From positions 64,001 through 128,000 of the forward strand of contig JAEOSK010000001.1 of assembly GCA_016840405.1 (NCBI GenBank): DNA of 64,000 nucleotides, in the 5' to 3' direction. The translations under genes and the position numbers were made by a program. This stretch comes from Candidatus Hermodarchaeum yapensis. GTDB lineage: Archaea > Asgardarchaeota > Hermodarchaeia > Hermodarchaeales > Hermodarchaeaceae. Positions within the stretch are counted from its first letter, which is position 1. Each line of letters begins with the position of its first letter. Positions 36,994-47,557 of the stretch are shown here, piece after piece. The notes under the pieces were generated by a model. The model was not told the DNA's origin, made no database searches, and saw only the letters and a program-made list of their open reading frames with translations.

Positions 36994-37344
36994 TTAATAG
37001 CCTTTACTGGCACCGCCCATGATGAAGACAAGGCCAACAAGGATTAGGAAACCAGCACCAAGAGAGAGTAGCGCGGGAATCAGGAGTGTTGAATCGATCA
37101 AGTAGAACCATCCAACAAATCCTACTGATACAGCAATACAGATTCCACCAATTGCTAATTCAGCATAATGGGCTTGGTCGCCAAGAGTCCCTGCAAGGAA
37201 TAATCCGGCAATGAAGAAGAGACCTGGAATTACAGCTAACTGCCAAGTTACGGGAGTCAGAAAGAAAATGACAAAGACTTCTAACCAAGCAGCTGCGCCA
37301 ATCATGATACCGCCAAATAGGGCTGGACCTGCCATAAGCATCAC
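36994..37344 (-). CDS. small 4-TM membrane protein
   Basis: Four hydrophobic segments; fills the intergenic gap. Confidence 0.7.
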   Translation of the reverse strand: MMLMAGPALFGGIMIGAAAWLEVFVIFFLTPVTWQLAVIPGLFFIAGLFLAGTLGDQAHYAELAIGGICIAVSVGFVGWFYLIDSTLLIPALLSLGAGFLILVGLVFIMGGASKGY

Positions 37345-37437
37345 CGTTTATATTAAGTGAACTAGACACACAAATCTGACTATTTATCTTTTCAGGTATA
37401 AAGTGTAATAGTATGTAGATATCAAGGAGTTCGGGCT

Positions 37438-39378
37438 GTGTCGAAAACTACGTCCTCTGACCGTTCATCAAAGGTTGCGAAAAAAGCTAAACCTGCACCT
37501 CTTCCAGAGGAAGGGCGTCCTGCTAAGTCTTGGTCACGTGTAGCTGTCGATGCTAATTTCTTCATTTTAGCCTTTGCTCAAGATATTCAGTCACTAAATC
37601 GGTTTAAAGAGATTGCTGACCGAGTGGCTTTCAAACTTTATACATCTAGTCAGATTTTACAGGAATTACGGGGAAGGCTACGCCGACAAGTACGAAAAGT
37701 TGTCCAAGTTATTGATGTTACTCAAGACGAATTGGATGCTTACATCGACAAAGCCCGGGATATTGTCGATCGGATTCCACAAGCTCCGGACCTTTCCCTA
37801 CTCATTGTGCTGAACAAATTAAATGAAAAAAGGCTAATCAGTTCCGATTTTCAGCTATTACAATCACTCCGAAATCTTGAACCAGAAATTGAAGGATTGA
37901 TGGGCAGCGCCTTTCTGTTACACCTTCTCGAGAGAAGTCACGAAAACGCTGAGGATACTGCCTTCCTTGAGACTCTCCGAGAACGAGTGTTACACACAGA
38001 AATCAAGTACAGCATTACTCGGCGGAGTGTTTATGATCCTACTACTCGAATCAAGCTAATTGAAAACCAAGCCTTCCAAGTCGTCCGTTCTTTACGAGGA
38101 CCACGCATTGCTGAAGAAGATCTTATTGGCATGACTGATCAAGAAGCGCTTGGGCTGCTTACGTTCCTCCAGGAGCTCCGTCGGAATTATGCCAGTTATG
38201 TGAATAAAATACAGGAACAAAACTATCGAGAAGCGCTCGAGGATATTGGCGTTGACCGTGAAGAACTCTACAATCACCTGGTCCTCCTCTCGTGGGAACT
38301 GTCAGCAACTGCACACCGTAGACTTCTCAGGCAGATCACGCCTGATATGGTGCTCTTAAACTATCTAACTGCGCTCTGTTACCTGTATCTTGGCGAACAA
38401 GACGATTTGGAGAAAGCCAAAGAGGCTATTGAGGAATGCAATCGAATCCTCCTGAGTGTTCGACCTGATGCGACCACCTATCGGCGTTTAATGGTAATGA
38501 CTCACATGCTCCGCATTACCATCAATCTACTCTTAGAGGATTTTGAATCAGCAACTATGTACTTCACCATATTCGCCAGGAAAACACAGGAATGGGGCTT
38601 TGTAAATGAACAGGCGACCGCTCAGGCCCTCTATCTAGCCCTCCTCGTCATCCGTGGAGAAATTACCTCGAAGGAATTCCCGTCTATAACGGATCCGGAA
38701 GAGGTGATTCGGTTTCTAATTGACCTTTCTTCTATCTATTTTGCACTCAGGAGATTTTCTGAAGCCTGGAATCTTCTCTATCAAGTCCTGTTAATTATTC
38801 AGTATTTTGAATTGTTCGAGATTCTTGAGCCGATGGTCCAGCGATTAATCCTTGTTTATTATGCAGAGGGTCGACGAAGGACAGACGAATTTGATGTTAT
38901 TTCAAAGAATTTACGCTCTTGGCTTCAAGAGTATAATCAACCAACAACTCTTGTGGACGATTTGGATGCTGAACTTGCAGAAACAGTAATGCCAACATCT
39001 GATTATTTCACAGAACAAAGCCTGCCATCTGATAAGCTCCATCCTGATTTACAAGAATGGCTGACAGTCATCGACCGAGTGGACACAGTACTCCTTCAAG
39101 GTAGCATTCTCATATGTCGAAGCCGAAAACTCATGTGGAACATCGCTCTCCTTATTCAAGGTGTACTTCAAGAAGAAAGAGCAAAAGGTGGGGAACAAGT
39201 GCGGCTTGGTGAAGGAAAATTCAAAGTCGATGATCCCCCACCCAGCCTTAAGGACCGATATCACATTCTAGCCCTGATTCATTCCGATCCCACCGGAAGT
39301 AGCCGCATTTACGTTCGTGGAGGAGAAGGACTTCGACTTCTCCAATTGGGTACCCTCTTAGATGAACGCATCTCATAA
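37438..39378 (+). CDS. PIN-domain protein with long alpha-helical (TPR-like) region
   Basis: VAVDANFF, ILQEL, PDLSLL, LISSDFQL give the PIN acidic residues; followed by helical repeats. Confidence 0.75.
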   Translation: MSKTTSSDRSSKVAKKAKPAPLPEEGRPAKSWSRVAVDANFFILAFAQDIQSLNRFKEIADRVAFKLYTSSQILQELRGRLRRQVRKVVQVIDVTQDELDAYIDKARDIVDRIPQAPDLSLLIVLNKLNEKRLISSDFQLLQSLRNLEPEIEGLMGSAFLLHLLERSHENAEDTAFLETLRERVLHTEIKYSITRRSVYDPTTRIKLIENQAFQVVRSLRGPRIAEEDLIGMTDQEALGLLTFLQELRRNYASYVNKIQEQNYREALEDIGVDREELYNHLVLLSWELSATAHRRLLRQITPDMVLLNYLTALCYLYLGEQDDLEKAKEAIEECNRILLSVRPDATTYRRLMVMTHMLRITINLLLEDFESATMYFTIFARKTQEWGFVNEQATAQALYLALLVIRGEITSKEFPSITDPEEVIRFLIDLSSIYFALRRFSEAWNLLYQVLLIIQYFELFEILEPMVQRLILVYYAEGRRRTDEFDVISKNLRSWLQEYNQPTTLVDDLDAELAETVMPTSDYFTEQSLPSDKLHPDLQEWLTVIDRVDTVLLQGSILICRSRKLMWNIALLIQGVLQEERAKGGEQVRLGEGKFKVDDPPPSLKDRYHILALIHSDPTGSSRIYVRGGEGLRLLQLGTLLDERIS

Positions 39379-39389
39379 CAATAAAAGTA

Positions 39390-40685
39390 ATGGGGATTGC
39401 AGCAATGGTGTTGCGACTGCAATATCTCAAATATCAAATCAGAGGAAACCATCTGCTTCCCTTTTTTCTTGCGCACCCAATGGATCAAGCACTGCCTCAA
39501 CGGTTGATAGATCATTTCGAAGCCCATATCGGAAAAAACCGCGGTTCCATTGATTTTGATACATCTCTTACGTGGGCTCCTGACAGTCGAGTGGTTCGCG
39601 CGTTGATAGCGACATTACTGAGTCGGTTTTACGCATTTTCACCCAACCAACTTGAGGATCTTCTTGATGCAACGGAACTCGCTGGATTACGTGGTCAAGG
39701 GATTTCGTCTCTTGAGGATTTTCGGCTATGGTTTTGGCAATTTGTGCAAAGTGAGTCCGGAGGCTTTTTTCTACGTGACCAACGAAATGAGTTTTTCCAA
39801 AAGGTTGCCCACACTCTCCAACTCCCGCCCCAAAGTATTGAACCGTTACTCACTGCTCATCGAGAAGATGTTATGCAACTTCACCGAAAAAATCACAGTC
39901 CCTCAGCAAAAGATGTAATCGGTGCTTATAACTACGAAGTGTTAGAAACTCTCCTTTTCAACAGTGACACTGTTGTCATTTCCATTACAGGGAGTAGCTT
40001 GGGAGCTACCGCGCGCTCTCTTCTAAAATATACGAAACGCTTTGGAGTGTTAGTAGATTTAGAATCATCCGATGAAACTCTTCGTGCCACCATTGCTGGA
40101 CCACGAGTCTTTTTCGGTCGGGCCTCCTCCTTCGGATGGAATATTGCCCAAGTAATAACTAGTCTACTTGAGGAAGCACCGGGTCTTGGTATTTCGGTGG
40201 ACAAGGTTTCAATTGATGTTATCCTACGAGATCGGCACTATATGGTTCAGTTGGACGCTGATTCTATCCCATTAATTATTCCACGAAAGCAAGTTCGTGA
40301 AGACGAAGCTTTTCTTGATTCCAAGGTAGAGAAACAATTCTTTTGGAGTTGGCATAACAACAAATTTCGGGGCTGGGACATCATCCGTGAACCGGAGGCA
40401 ATCATCTTAGGATCCCAGTTAATCATCCCCGATTTTGCCCTCGTGAAAGGGGACCATAGCGTTCTTCTTGAAATCATTGGGTACTGGCGAGAAGAATATA
40501 CCCAAAAGAAACTCGCACAACTTGAAATGCTCAAGCAACAAGGTTTGAAACACATGATCCTCCTTGTTGATACCAAACACCGTCGCTATTTTTCCAAATC
40601 CACCTATCCTGTGGTTTTCTACCGGTCACGAGGAAAACGTTACGAAATTCCTTATGGAAAAATCTTGAAAGTTCTCCCCGAATAA
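39390..40685 (+). CDS. bax1: Bax1/DUF790 endonuclease
   Basis: YNYEVLETLLF, GP..FFG, DSKVEKQF, WDIIREPE...IPDF, LEIIGYWREEY..KK. Confidence 0.88.
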   Translation: MGIAAMVLRLQYLKYQIRGNHLLPFFLAHPMDQALPQRLIDHFEAHIGKNRGSIDFDTSLTWAPDSRVVRALIATLLSRFYAFSPNQLEDLLDATELAGLRGQGISSLEDFRLWFWQFVQSESGGFFLRDQRNEFFQKVAHTLQLPPQSIEPLLTAHREDVMQLHRKNHSPSAKDVIGAYNYEVLETLLFNSDTVVISITGSSLGATARSLLKYTKRFGVLVDLESSDETLRATIAGPRVFFGRASSFGWNIAQVITSLLEEAPGLGISVDKVSIDVILRDRHYMVQLDADSIPLIIPRKQVREDEAFLDSKVEKQFFWSWHNNKFRGWDIIREPEAIILGSQLIIPDFALVKGDHSVLLEIIGYWREEYTQKKLAQLEMLKQQGLKHMILLVDTKHRRYFSKSTYPVVFYRSRGKRYEIPYGKILKVLPE

Positions 40686-40861
40686 TTCGTCAAGCCGTTT
40701 AACGGATGGTTTAAATAGATGAACCTGGAAGTTGTTGCTCCAGAGTGTACGGATGGGCTGATGCCTTGGAATTTCAACAATCATGAACAATCACTGCTCA
40801 TTCTTCATCCCCCCTATTTTGTGCCATCAGTCCCTCGAGCCAATTATTCTCTTCTTAGGAC

Positions 40862-42412
40862 GTGAGTTGTGTGAAGTACAGGTTATCTGAAAAAGCTCGA
40901 CAAATTCTTAACCATCTCAGTACAATGAAGAGACCCCTATCTGCTTCATCCATCGCAAAATCACTAGGGTTAAAAGATGAAACAGTTCGTAGCCTTTTGC
41001 GAAGTCTTCGCCAAAGGAAACTCATCGAGGATAAAGAAACAACTCGTATCGAATTCTACCAATTAACGCCCGAAGGGCAACACTTCGCCACAAAGGGGCT
41101 TCCAGAAATACGGTTAGTAAAGTTACTTGCCAAACAAGGCGATGAGGGTTCTGTTGAATCCATTGCAAAGGAGAAGGTGCTTAAACCATCAGAACAAACA
41201 TTAGCCCTGGGGTGGGCTCGTCAAAATAAGTGGATTTCAGTTTCAGAACGCGATGGTCACACTTGGATGAAACTGATGTCAAATGCTACAGAAGCTATCA
41301 AACAGCATCCACTCCAACTTGCCCTGGAATCGGCTGAGGAGTCAGGTTTACTTCAGCTAGATGATGTAAAATTCGAAAAGAAGGACCTTAGAAGGATTCA
41401 AAACACTTTACGTAAACGAAAGTTAGCTGAACTCGTTTCCCGCCAAACAATTACAGTATCCATCACATCAAAGGGACATCAAGCACTTAAAGCAGCACTA
41501 ACTGATGAAGAACTAATCCGCGATTTATCTCCTGATTTACTGAAATCAGAATCCTGGAAAGACCAAGACTTCATGCCCTATAACCTCCGTGCCCCAACCT
41601 CACCCTTATATCCTGGGAAAAAACATCCCTTTGTAGAATTCATCGATCGATTGAAACGCGTTCTTATTGGACTTGGTTTTCAAGAGGCAAAAGGACCTCT
41701 TGTTGAGATAGAGTTCTGGAATAATGATGCACTCTTTATGCCACAAGACCATGTGGCCCGTGAGGTCCATGATGCCTATCAAATCAAAACACCAAAAGGA
41801 CCTGGTCGAATAATTGATGAGTCCGCTCTAAAACGCGTTGCCAAAACGCATGAAAATGGTTGGACAACTGGCTCTACTGGTTGGCGTTATCCCTATAGCT
41901 TCGACATCGCCCGCCGGCTCGTTATGCGAAGTCAAACCACATCGGTTTCGATGCGTTTCCTGTCTAAACACAAGAAACCTCCAATAACCATGTTTAGTAT
42001 TGATCGGAATTTCCGCCCCGAGAAATTTGACGCAACCCACTCTGCAGAGTTCATTCAAATTGAAGGGATTATTGGTAGTAAAGATCTAACTCTGCGCGAT
42101 TTGATGGGTTATATCAAAGCAATTGCAAAAGGAGTAGGCGTTGAAAAATTAAAATTCAAACCCGGGTTCTTCCCTTTCACCGAACCATCTGTTGAAAGCT
42201 TCATATTTATTCCAGAGCTTGGATGGAGAGAATTTGGTGGTAGTGGAATTTTCCGACCAGAAGTCACCCTCCCCTTCGGTATTGACTTTCCAGTTCTAGC
42301 TTGGGGACTTGGTGCCGATCGTTTAGCCATGGCCGCTTTGGGAATTGGTGATATTCGTGAGCTAGCAACCCGAAACCTCGGACAGCTTCGCAAAGCCTCA
42401 ATGAGATTCTAA
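40862..42412 (+). CDS. pheS: phenylalanine--tRNA ligase alpha subunit (archaeal long form)
   Basis: PGKKHP, FWNNDALFMPQDH.ARE, RSQTT, DATHSAEF.QIEG, FPFTEPS, GIFRPEV, AWGLG. Confidence 0.97.
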   Translation: MSCVKYRLSEKARQILNHLSTMKRPLSASSIAKSLGLKDETVRSLLRSLRQRKLIEDKETTRIEFYQLTPEGQHFATKGLPEIRLVKLLAKQGDEGSVESIAKEKVLKPSEQTLALGWARQNKWISVSERDGHTWMKLMSNATEAIKQHPLQLALESAEESGLLQLDDVKFEKKDLRRIQNTLRKRKLAELVSRQTITVSITSKGHQALKAALTDEELIRDLSPDLLKSESWKDQDFMPYNLRAPTSPLYPGKKHPFVEFIDRLKRVLIGLGFQEAKGPLVEIEFWNNDALFMPQDHVAREVHDAYQIKTPKGPGRIIDESALKRVAKTHENGWTTGSTGWRYPYSFDIARRLVMRSQTTSVSMRFLSKHKKPPITMFSIDRNFRPEKFDATHSAEFIQIEGIIGSKDLTLRDLMGYIKAIAKGVGVEKLKFKPGFFPFTEPSVESFIFIPELGWREFGGSGIFRPEVTLPFGIDFPVLAWGLGADRLAMAALGIGDIRELATRNLGQLRKASMRF

Positions 42413-42416
42413 GGAA

Positions 42417-44084
42417 GTGGATGTTATGAACGTAGATGTTAGACTATCGGATCTCCTTACACTTGTTGGCCGTGACTTGTCTGAAGAAGAATTGGTAGAA
42501 AGCCTCTTCTTACTCAAGTGTGAAATTGATAGTATATCCAATGGCATCGTGACAATTGAAGTAAATCCTGATCGCGTGGATTTGCTCTCTGTAGAAGGCA
42601 TTGCAAGGGCACTTCGTGGGTTCCTAGAAATTGAAACTGGAGCACCAAACTATTCAATTCGAAAATCTGATTGGCAGGCCATTGTGGACCCATCGGTCAA
42701 AGAAGTCCGACCGTTTCTAGCCTGTGGAATCGTCAAAGGTCTCCAATTAGATGACGACCTTATTGCAGAATTCATGCAACTGCAAGAACGCCTTACGGGA
42801 ACCTTTGGTCGAAATCGAAAAAGAACAAGCATCGGACTGTATGTCCTGGATCTCATTACTCCCCCTGTTCATTATCGAACTGAGTCCCCGGATGATATCA
42901 AGTTTGTACCTCTTGAATATTATACTCCACTAACTGCCAGGCAAATACTTAGCCAACATCCCAAGGGGCAAGAGTTTGGCAAAATCATCAAAGACTTTCC
43001 CAAATATCCAATTCTTGTTGATGCAGAGAACAAAGTCCTGAGCTTACCTCCTGTAATAAATAGCAATGATCTGGGACGACTTGTAGAGGATACAAAAGAT
43101 GTCTTCGTTGAAGTAACAGGAACGCATAAGCTGACGACGCTTCAAACTTTGAATATAATGATAACGGCCCTAGCGGAGAGGGGCGGGATAATTGAAGATG
43201 TCGAAGTTGTGTATACCAAAGGGAGTGAACGACTCCCTGATCTTACATTCCAACAGCGTGACGTATCTCTGAATTATATTAACAAAATCGTCGGTTATGA
43301 CTTTGACGATTCTGCAGTAATGAAAGCCCTTGGTCGAATGCGAATGGATTCCTCCGTTCGTGGCGATACGGTTCAAGTAAAAATACCTGCATATCGGATG
43401 GATATTCTTCATGATGTTGACATCGTTGAAGATGTAGCGATAGGCTATGGATATGATCGCTTCGAATCAACAACTCCTCAGTTAATGACGCTTGGCAGGG
43501 AGTTACCTCTCACAACCCTGTTGCGTACAATTCGTGACCTGATGGTAGGACTCGCTTACCAAGAAATTCACAATTATGTCTTAACTAATACCCGTGTTCT
43601 TTTCGAAAAGATGAATCGTCCCATGAAAGAGGTTGTAGAGATTGCCAATCCAAAGTCAATGGAGTATCACCTGGCGCGGAACGCCTTGCTCCCTGGATTA
43701 CTAGCATTTTTGGGAGATAACACTGCCCAAGAATTACCACATAACATCTTCGAAGTCGGTGATGTAGTCACCTTAGACGCTAATGCAGAAACCTGCACGC
43801 GCTCAACTCCCCATCTTGCTGCTGCTTCAGTAAATTCACGCGTTGATATCACTGTATTGAAGGCTAAACTTATGACATTATTAGGGAATTTAGGGCTGTC
43901 TGCTACAGTTCGCAAAACCTCCAACGTATCCTTCATCAAGGGACGGGTCGCAAACCTCTTCATTGAGGGGACCCATGTGGGCATAATGGGTGAAATTCAT
44001 CCGGCAGTACTGAAGAATTACGGCATTGAAGCACCCTGTGTTGCCTTTGAGCTGGAAATCCTTGCGGATTGGATTATCCAATAA
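42417..44084 (+). CDS. pheT: phenylalanine--tRNA ligase beta subunit
   Basis: NPDRVDLLSVEGIARAL, SLPPVINS, PAYRMDILHDVDIVEDVAIGYGY, GEIHP. Confidence 0.97.
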   Translation: MDVMNVDVRLSDLLTLVGRDLSEEELVESLFLLKCEIDSISNGIVTIEVNPDRVDLLSVEGIARALRGFLEIETGAPNYSIRKSDWQAIVDPSVKEVRPFLACGIVKGLQLDDDLIAEFMQLQERLTGTFGRNRKRTSIGLYVLDLITPPVHYRTESPDDIKFVPLEYYTPLTARQILSQHPKGQEFGKIIKDFPKYPILVDAENKVLSLPPVINSNDLGRLVEDTKDVFVEVTGTHKLTTLQTLNIMITALAERGGIIEDVEVVYTKGSERLPDLTFQQRDVSLNYINKIVGYDFDDSAVMKALGRMRMDSSVRGDTVQVKIPAYRMDILHDVDIVEDVAIGYGYDRFESTTPQLMTLGRELPLTTLLRTIRDLMVGLAYQEIHNYVLTNTRVLFEKMNRPMKEVVEIANPKSMEYHLARNALLPGLLAFLGDNTAQELPHNIFEVGDVVTLDANAETCTRSTPHLAAASVNSRVDITVLKAKLMTLLGNLGLSATVRKTSNVSFIKGRVANLFIEGTHVGIMGEIHPAVLKNYGIEAPCVAFELEILADWIIQ

Positions 44085-44200
44085 TACTTCTACTATGCAT
44101 GCCATTAAGGTTATATTGCTTGATATCTACTGTAATCGAGGGCTTCACAGGTCCTTAGCAGATTGCCTAATGGTTACTGCTCGTACACGGTAACACATAC

Positions 44201-45028
44201 GTGGTGAAAACATTGGGTAAACACACAAATCTTCTATCTCGGCTTCTCCAACTCACTGCGTTGATTTTCTTCATCTTTGCAATATATCGGCTCTACCGGT
44301 ACTTCACCGGCTGGTTAAATTCACCTGATTACATGATTTATGCGATTTTCGCTGCTGCAATTGTCGGTGTTAGTATACTCATCTTTGATGATGTCTTCAA
44401 ACCAGGAACTGATTTTGTAGGCTGGGCATTTCTCTTCGGTGTTGGTGTCTTTTCACTGCTGACTGGAGTCATTTTCACCTTCAATCCAGCTTTCATAACC
44501 AATAATCCATTTACGGGGATTTGGCTACGCGCGTTCTTTTTCCTTATCATGGGAATAATCGTTATTATTGAATCGTTTCTCGTCCGACGTGAAGTCGTTA
44601 AAACTGATCATGGGCTGGTTGCTGATACCGTGGGACCCGTAATCCTCAAATTCGCAGCAACCTTTGGCCTTGCTTGGGGCAGTTATCAAATGGCCTGGGT
44701 TCTCGTACCATATCTACGCCTTGTACCTCTCACTAGCATGATGCCCCTTTTCCTCTCTGGACTGGGATTTATCTTTGTTAGCGTGGTACTCTTAGGTTAT
44801 GTAGAATCCCAAAACCGACAACCCCATTTCCGCTATCGCCGGTTCCCCTTACTGATGAGCTTCCTTCTCCTTCTAATGATATTTCCCGTTACAACCTTCT
44901 ACATAGTAGTGTTCGTAGAATTTACCAATTACGAGCTCTTATTCAACGCTATCATGGGTTTGGTGGTTAATCTCACCATTCTAAGCACATCATTGTACAT
45001 TGTGTATCATCCGACCAAAGCGCGCTAG
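44201..45028 (+). CDS. multi-pass membrane protein, unknown function
   Basis: About 8 hydrophobic segments. Confidence 0.75.
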   Translation: MVKTLGKHTNLLSRLLQLTALIFFIFAIYRLYRYFTGWLNSPDYMIYAIFAAAIVGVSILIFDDVFKPGTDFVGWAFLFGVGVFSLLTGVIFTFNPAFITNNPFTGIWLRAFFFLIMGIIVIIESFLVRREVVKTDHGLVADTVGPVILKFAATFGLAWGSYQMAWVLVPYLRLVPLTSMMPLFLSGLGFIFVSVVLLGYVESQNRQPHFRYRRFPLLMSFLLLLMIFPVTTFYIVVFVEFTNYELLFNAIMGLVVNLTILSTSLYIVYHPTKAR

Positions 45029-45047
45029 CTTTGGTCTCTACCATTTT

Positions 45048-45584
45048 TTAAAGACCCAAAAGGGTACAAGCCTGCTGATAGACGGTAGTCCGTACTTCTG
45101 GGGTCAATGTTAGAATGGTAACATCATTTCGGTTCTTTATCTGATTCACAAAATGTGTTTTCAGTTTCAATCCTATTGTCCCTAACACGGGCTTAGGTGA
45201 ATCGAATGCCATAATGACCACGCGCTGAAATTCGGGAACTGCTAATTCCATTTTCCCAATTTCATCAATTACTATGAGCTCTGTTGAAGTTGTTGCATAA
45301 TCTATTGCGGTGACTCCGACTTCTCGGATGGCATTGAGATCGACTCCATAGCGACCAACTTTCACAGGACTGGAAATATCAACAGCTGCCATAACCTGTT
45401 CCGCCCCAGTAGCTATGTCACAGATCAGAAACCCTCCTCGCCTTCCTGAATCTAACCGGAACTCAGGTGTGCTAATTCCTCCCACTTTCAAACCTTCCTG
45501 TTTTGCCCTGTCAACAACGCGGTTTACTAATGTACTTTTTCCGCAGCCTGGAAAGCCTGTAATGAGGAGGTTAACCTTAAGCAA
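45048..45584 (-). CDS. NTPase (THEP1/NTPase_1 family)
   Basis: LITGFPGCGKST, GG..T.E.R..GRR.GF, VGRYGV, IVIDEIGKME. Confidence 0.93.
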   Translation of the reverse strand: MLKVNLLITGFPGCGKSTLVNRVVDRAKQEGLKVGGISTPEFRLDSGRRGGFLICDIATGAEQVMAAVDISSPVKVGRYGVDLNAIREVGVTAIDYATTSTELIVIDEIGKMELAVPEFQRVVIMAFDSPKPVLGTIGLKLKTHFVNQIKNRNDVTILTLTPEVRTTVYQQACTLLGL

Positions 45585-45586
45585 GA

Positions 45587-46087
45587 TTAGGCTTCACCCT
45601 GATAAACACCTTCATAGGGTTGAGTTTCCTGCATTAATTGGAAAAAGACAAGGTGGAGAAGTCGGGCATTTGGTTTGACAAAAAAGCCATTTGGATTATA
45701 CACAGTTAGTAATCCACGAGAACGTCCTTCATATCCTGCGTCCCAAACGGCTGATTCAATTGAAACACCGGAACGGAGAAGCGATGACCTCGGACGCCCA
45801 ATAGCGATTATGTTGGCTGGAATTCGAACGATTTCGTTATAGGTCACAAGGTAGGTTCCAGGTTGAAGATTGTACCATCCTTGCTTTAGTTGGACTTCTT
45901 CATAATTGGGAATATGACGCTCTTTGTTAGAGAAATCAATAGTTCCAGCTTCCTTGTAGGTATAGAGTTTTTGAAGTGTCAGTTCCACGCCATTAGGAGA
46001 GACTTGGATATTTTGGTCAACCATTTTTGTAATTAGCTTGTGCTTAGAAATCAGCTCAAGAATGGTCTTACGATCTAATACTACCAA
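45587..46087 (-). CDS. dut: trimeric dUTPase / dCTP deaminase family (archaeal dUTPase)
   Basis: PNGVELT, PRSSLLRSG, AVWDAGYEG, YEGVYQ. Confidence 0.85.
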   Translation of the reverse strand: MVVLDRKTILELISKHKLITKMVDQNIQVSPNGVELTLQKLYTYKEAGTIDFSNKERHIPNYEEVQLKQGWYNLQPGTYLVTYNEIVRIPANIIAIGRPRSSLLRSGVSIESAVWDAGYEGRSRGLLTVYNPNGFFVKPNARLLHLVFFQLMQETQPYEGVYQGEA

Positions 46088-46200
46088 ATTTGAAGCCCAC
46101 CTAGTACATGGATGAAGTGTTGAACCCTTTAAGGTGTCTGGTGTAACTCAGGGACTGAGGTTGTTGAAAGGTCTCGGACGGAAAGCCTTTTCCTGAGGTC

Positions 46201-46734
46201 TTGATAAGATGTGGTTTTATGGGGGAACCTGATAGGTCACCGAAAATTACTCAGAAGCAATCAATTATTTGCTGTCCAGTTTGTGGACAAGACTTGGTTG
46301 AACTTCCCTTAGAGCAAATTGAAAAATGTCCGAACTGTGCATTCAACCTAGCTCTTGTTCAATCACCTCACGAATCTCCAACCAAACCTCCTATCCAGGT
46401 AGTTGTTCCTCGTTTTGCTTATCTGCTATTAGTAATTCAAGCAATTGTTGCAGCAATCATTGGGCTGTTGTTTCTTTTCTTTGCTAGTCCCTACTACTTT
46501 GGAATGCACTTAATATTTGCATTAATTCAGTTCCCTTCAGTTCTCATCATTGCACTTTTTCTAATTGTGCTTCGTTTCCCAAATATTGCCTTCATTGCAA
46601 GAATTGGTCTGATTATTTTCAGTATTGTCACTCTTCCTCTAGGTCTTTTTGCCTTCACTGCAGCTTTTTCCATCTCAGCTCCTCGACAACAACCCATAAA
46701 ACAGCACAACAGTGGAGGGACCAATGGTGGCTGA
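46201..46734 (+). CDS. zinc-ribbon membrane protein
   Basis: CPVCG...CPNC followed by three TM segments. Confidence 0.7.
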   Translation: MIRCGFMGEPDRSPKITQKQSIICCPVCGQDLVELPLEQIEKCPNCAFNLALVQSPHESPTKPPIQVVVPRFAYLLLVIQAIVAAIIGLLFLFFASPYYFGMHLIFALIQFPSVLIIALFLIVLRFPNIAFIARIGLIIFSIVTLPLGLFAFTAAFSISAPRQQPIKQHNSGGTNGG

Positions 46735-47557
46735 ACGAAGGTATCCCACTCGATTTTGTCCCTACTGTGCAACCGAAATAACGACGCCTACTAAATATTG
46801 TGTAACCTGCGGTGTAGAAATTACATGGTCAATAAGAGAGGCGCAGGCCCCTCCATATCCCTGGTCACCCAGAACAACATATGTCATCACAATTATTACA
46901 TATGGATTATTTTTCGTCCTGACATTCGCGCTACTTTTTTACTATCTTATCTTCTTTGGTATCCCACTCTATCTACTTGACACTATCTTAATCACAGATC
47001 CCTTCTTTACAATCATACTCACTTTAGGCGAAGTTACCTTCTTCCTGATTCCCTTTGCCATTGTAAAGAGATTGAAAGTCAGACGAGAGAAACTTGGCCT
47101 CTTTTCTGGGGGCATCAGGAACCTATCAAAAGATATTATATTGGGACTAGGCGTGGGCGTAGTTTTGGCTCCGCTAATCTTGCTCCTTGATCTGTATGAA
47201 CTCCTTGCACCTGGAGCTGGTCCACCACCAACTCCCCCGACCCCCGTTGACCTGTTCTGGATGGGAATGCTGTGTCTTTCTGTGATTCTTATTATTGCAC
47301 CCGCTGAAGAAGTGCTCTTTCGCGGGTTTATCCAAAACTCCCTAGATGCTCATTATGGTCGAATTGGAGGGCTCCTTGTATCCTCCATTATTTTCGGACT
47401 GGCTCATCTCAACCCGTTTATTGGTGTCTTTCAAACAGTTGGAAGCATATTCCTCGGATTGCTATTCCAATGGCGAGGACGCCGTCTTGCCAGTCCAATT
47501 GTCGCTCATGCAACCTATGATTGCTTGATAATAATCTTGGATGCCTTCCTTATCTAA
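46724..47557 (+). CDS. zinc-ribbon + CPBP (CAAX/Abi) intramembrane metalloprotease
   Basis: CPYC..CVTCG; APAEEVLFRG, FGLAH, AHATYD motifs. Confidence 0.9.
   Translation: MVAERRYPTRFCPYCATEITTPTKYCVTCGVEITWSIREAQAPPYPWSPRTTYVITIITYGLFFVLTFALLFYYLIFFGIPLYLLDTILITDPFFTIILTLGEVTFFLIPFAIVKRLKVRREKLGLFSGGIRNLSKDIILGLGVGVVLAPLILLLDLYELLAPGAGPPPTPPTPVDLFWMGMLCLSVILIIAPAEEVLFRGFIQNSLDAHYGRIGGLLVSSIIFGLAHLNPFIGVFQTVGSIFLGLLFQWRGRRLASPIVAHATYDCLIIILDAFLI

Noticed and set aside
223-47557. Eukaryote-like CAAX processing pathway (ICMT-like + CPBP protease) acting on the GTPases
   Set aside because: Both families are widespread in prokaryotes, the genes are unlinked, and neither GTPase has a C-terminal Cys motif.
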